64,000 nucleotides of DNA, taken from positions 2,240,001 to 2,304,000 of the forward strand of contig OY970325.1 in the NCBI GenBank assembly GCA_963717145.1, in the 5' to 3' direction. Source of the stretch: an uncultured Armatimonadetes bacterium. GTDB lineage: Bacteria > Armatimonadota > UBA5829 > DTJY01. The notes under the pieces were generated by a model, which was not told the origin of the DNA, did not search any database, and saw nothing but the letters and a program-made list of their open reading frames with translations. Each line of letters opens with the position of its first letter. Within the stretch, counting starts at the first letter, position 1. Of the stretch, positions 62,761 through 64,000 are shown piece by piece. The position numbers were made by a program, and so were the translations under genes.

Positions 62761-64000
62761 ATGCGCGTGACACTGCTTTTCTCTGCCATACTGCTCGGAC
62801 TCGCAGTCCAGTCCCTGGGCGCGACGATCCCTCATCCACGGCTCTTCTTCACGTCCGCCGACCTCCCGAGGATCCAGGAGTTCGGCTTCACCGCGGAGGA
62901 GATGCTGACCGAGACGCAAGTGACGGTCAAGTACTTCGGCGGGAAGGAGATCTCGTTCCCTGTCCCTCCACAGCAGCCGGGGAAGATCGAGGAGCCGCCG
63001 GGGTTCGACTACGAGAAGTTCGGCCACTACCCCTACTGGACGATGATGGCACGGACCGTCCAGCGCCGGATGCAGCCCCTCGCGCTGGCGTATGCCTCCA
63101 CCGGCAAGCCGGAGTACGCACGCCGGGCGGTGGACTATGCCCTCGCGCTGGCCGCGTGGCGCGAGTGGACCGACCTCGACTACGGCGAGAAGACGTGCCT
63201 CGACACCTGCCATCTGACGTTCGGAGTCGCAACGGTATACGACATGTGCTACGACTTCATGACCGAGGGCCAGCGGAAGACGATCCGCGAGGGTATGATC
63301 AGTCTCGGCCTCGAGCCGCTGCTCAGGGACATGGAGCCGACGAGCGAGCACAACATGCAGATGCTCCGCGCGTCGGCGCTCGGCGCGGGCGCCCTCGTGC
63401 TGCTCGGCGAGACCGACAGGGCGGAGACATACCTCGACTCCGCCAAGTCGTACTTCAAGTGGTTCCTCGACAGCCGCGCGGTCTCACAGAACATCGAAGG
63501 CATCGGATACCTCTCCTACGGCCTGGACAACTGCGTCACGTTCGCGGACCAACTTCATCGCGCCACGGGGGACGCCTCCCTCGTGAGCCATCCCTACCTC
63601 GACCAGGCGGTCAGGATGGCGATCTACTTCCAGGACCCCAAGGGCACGGGCCAGGTCAACTTTAGTGACTGCGGGATCGCCAACTACCTCACCATGCCCG
63701 CGAAGGTCCTGAACCGGTCGCTCGATCACGGTCCGGCGGGCTGGTATCTCCAGAAGTCGAAGCTGAAGTTCGACGAGGGATGGTCCGGTGCGATCTACGG
63801 AGGGCCGCTCGGCAAGGTCGAGTCGCCCGAGCACTGGCCGACCAGCGCCGTCTTCCGCCCGATCGACTGGGTCGCCCTTCGATCCGGCTGGAAGGAGAAC
63901 GACACGCTCCTCGCCTTCGTGAGCGGCAACTCGAAGATGGGCCACAACCACCGCGATCAGAACTCGATCATCCTCAACCACGCGGGAGAATGGCTGATCA
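62761..64000 (+). CDS. Heparinase II/III-like protein (DUF4962-type N-terminus), runs off window
   Basis: Hand translation: GAGGT RBS, MRVTLLFSAILLG signal, HPRLFF, EGIGYLSYG, LRSGW, GHNHRDQNS. Confidence 0.82.
   Translation, partial: MRVTLLFSAILLGLAVQSLGATIPHPRLFFTSADLPRIQEFGFTAEEMLTETQVTVKYFGGKEISFPVPPQQPGKIEEPPGFDYEKFGHYPYWTMMARTVQRRMQPLALAYASTGKPEYARRAVDYALALAAWREWTDLDYGEKTCLDTCHLTFGVATVYDMCYDFMTEGQRKTIREGMISLGLEPLLRDMEPTSEHNMQMLRASALGAGALVLLGETDRAETYLDSAKSYFKWFLDSRAVSQNIEGIGYLSYGLDNCVTFADQLHRATGDASLVSHPYLDQAVRMAIYFQDPKGTGQVNFSDCGIANYLTMPAKVLNRSLDHGPAGWYLQKSKLKFDEGWSGAIYGGPLGKVESPEHWPTSAVFRPIDWVALRSGWKENDTLLAFVSGNSKMGHNHRDQNSIILNHAGEWLI

Overview
High-GC bacterial chromosome segment; gene content and secreted-protein style suggest Armatimonadota, which is an inference and not verified. 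Housekeeping genes are mnmG, hup, uvrB, coaE, rpsA and smc. They sit among sugar-utilisation genes (ABC permeases and binding protein, Gfo/Idh/MocA oxidoreductases, a Zn dehydrogenase, heparinase II/III-like lyases), one DDE/rve insertion sequence and many REP/REPIN-type palindromes. No tRNA, rRNA or CRISPR array was seen. Most notable: (1) a ~15 kb operon (37012 to 21956, minus) plus an adjacent LptD-like barrel gene, lying between coaE and uvrB. It encodes three CsgG/TolB-N-like proteins with a shared Lys-rich/hydrophobic/Gly segment and three large secreted proteins (one an S8 protease) sharing a GW..P/GYW.K module; Gly/Pro-rich tails recur. It is a candidate undescribed surface-layer or secretion assembly system. 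(2) A Ycf46-like AAA ATPase co-oriented with two beta-propeller proteins that carry a terminal RFxxLE motif. (3) A probable CxxU selenoprotein missed by the ORF track, with a SECIS-like hairpin. (4) A c-di-GMP-I riboswitch with an 80-nt structured insertion and a branched terminator. (5) A two-copy ~175-bp MITE that folds into a rod over its whole length; one copy has a 9-bp target duplication. (6) A REP cluster read in frame inside a protein. (7) Probable leaderless genes. Seven single-base frameshifts, one in rpsA, most likely reflect sequencing or assembly indels. All calls are by eye; no searches were run.
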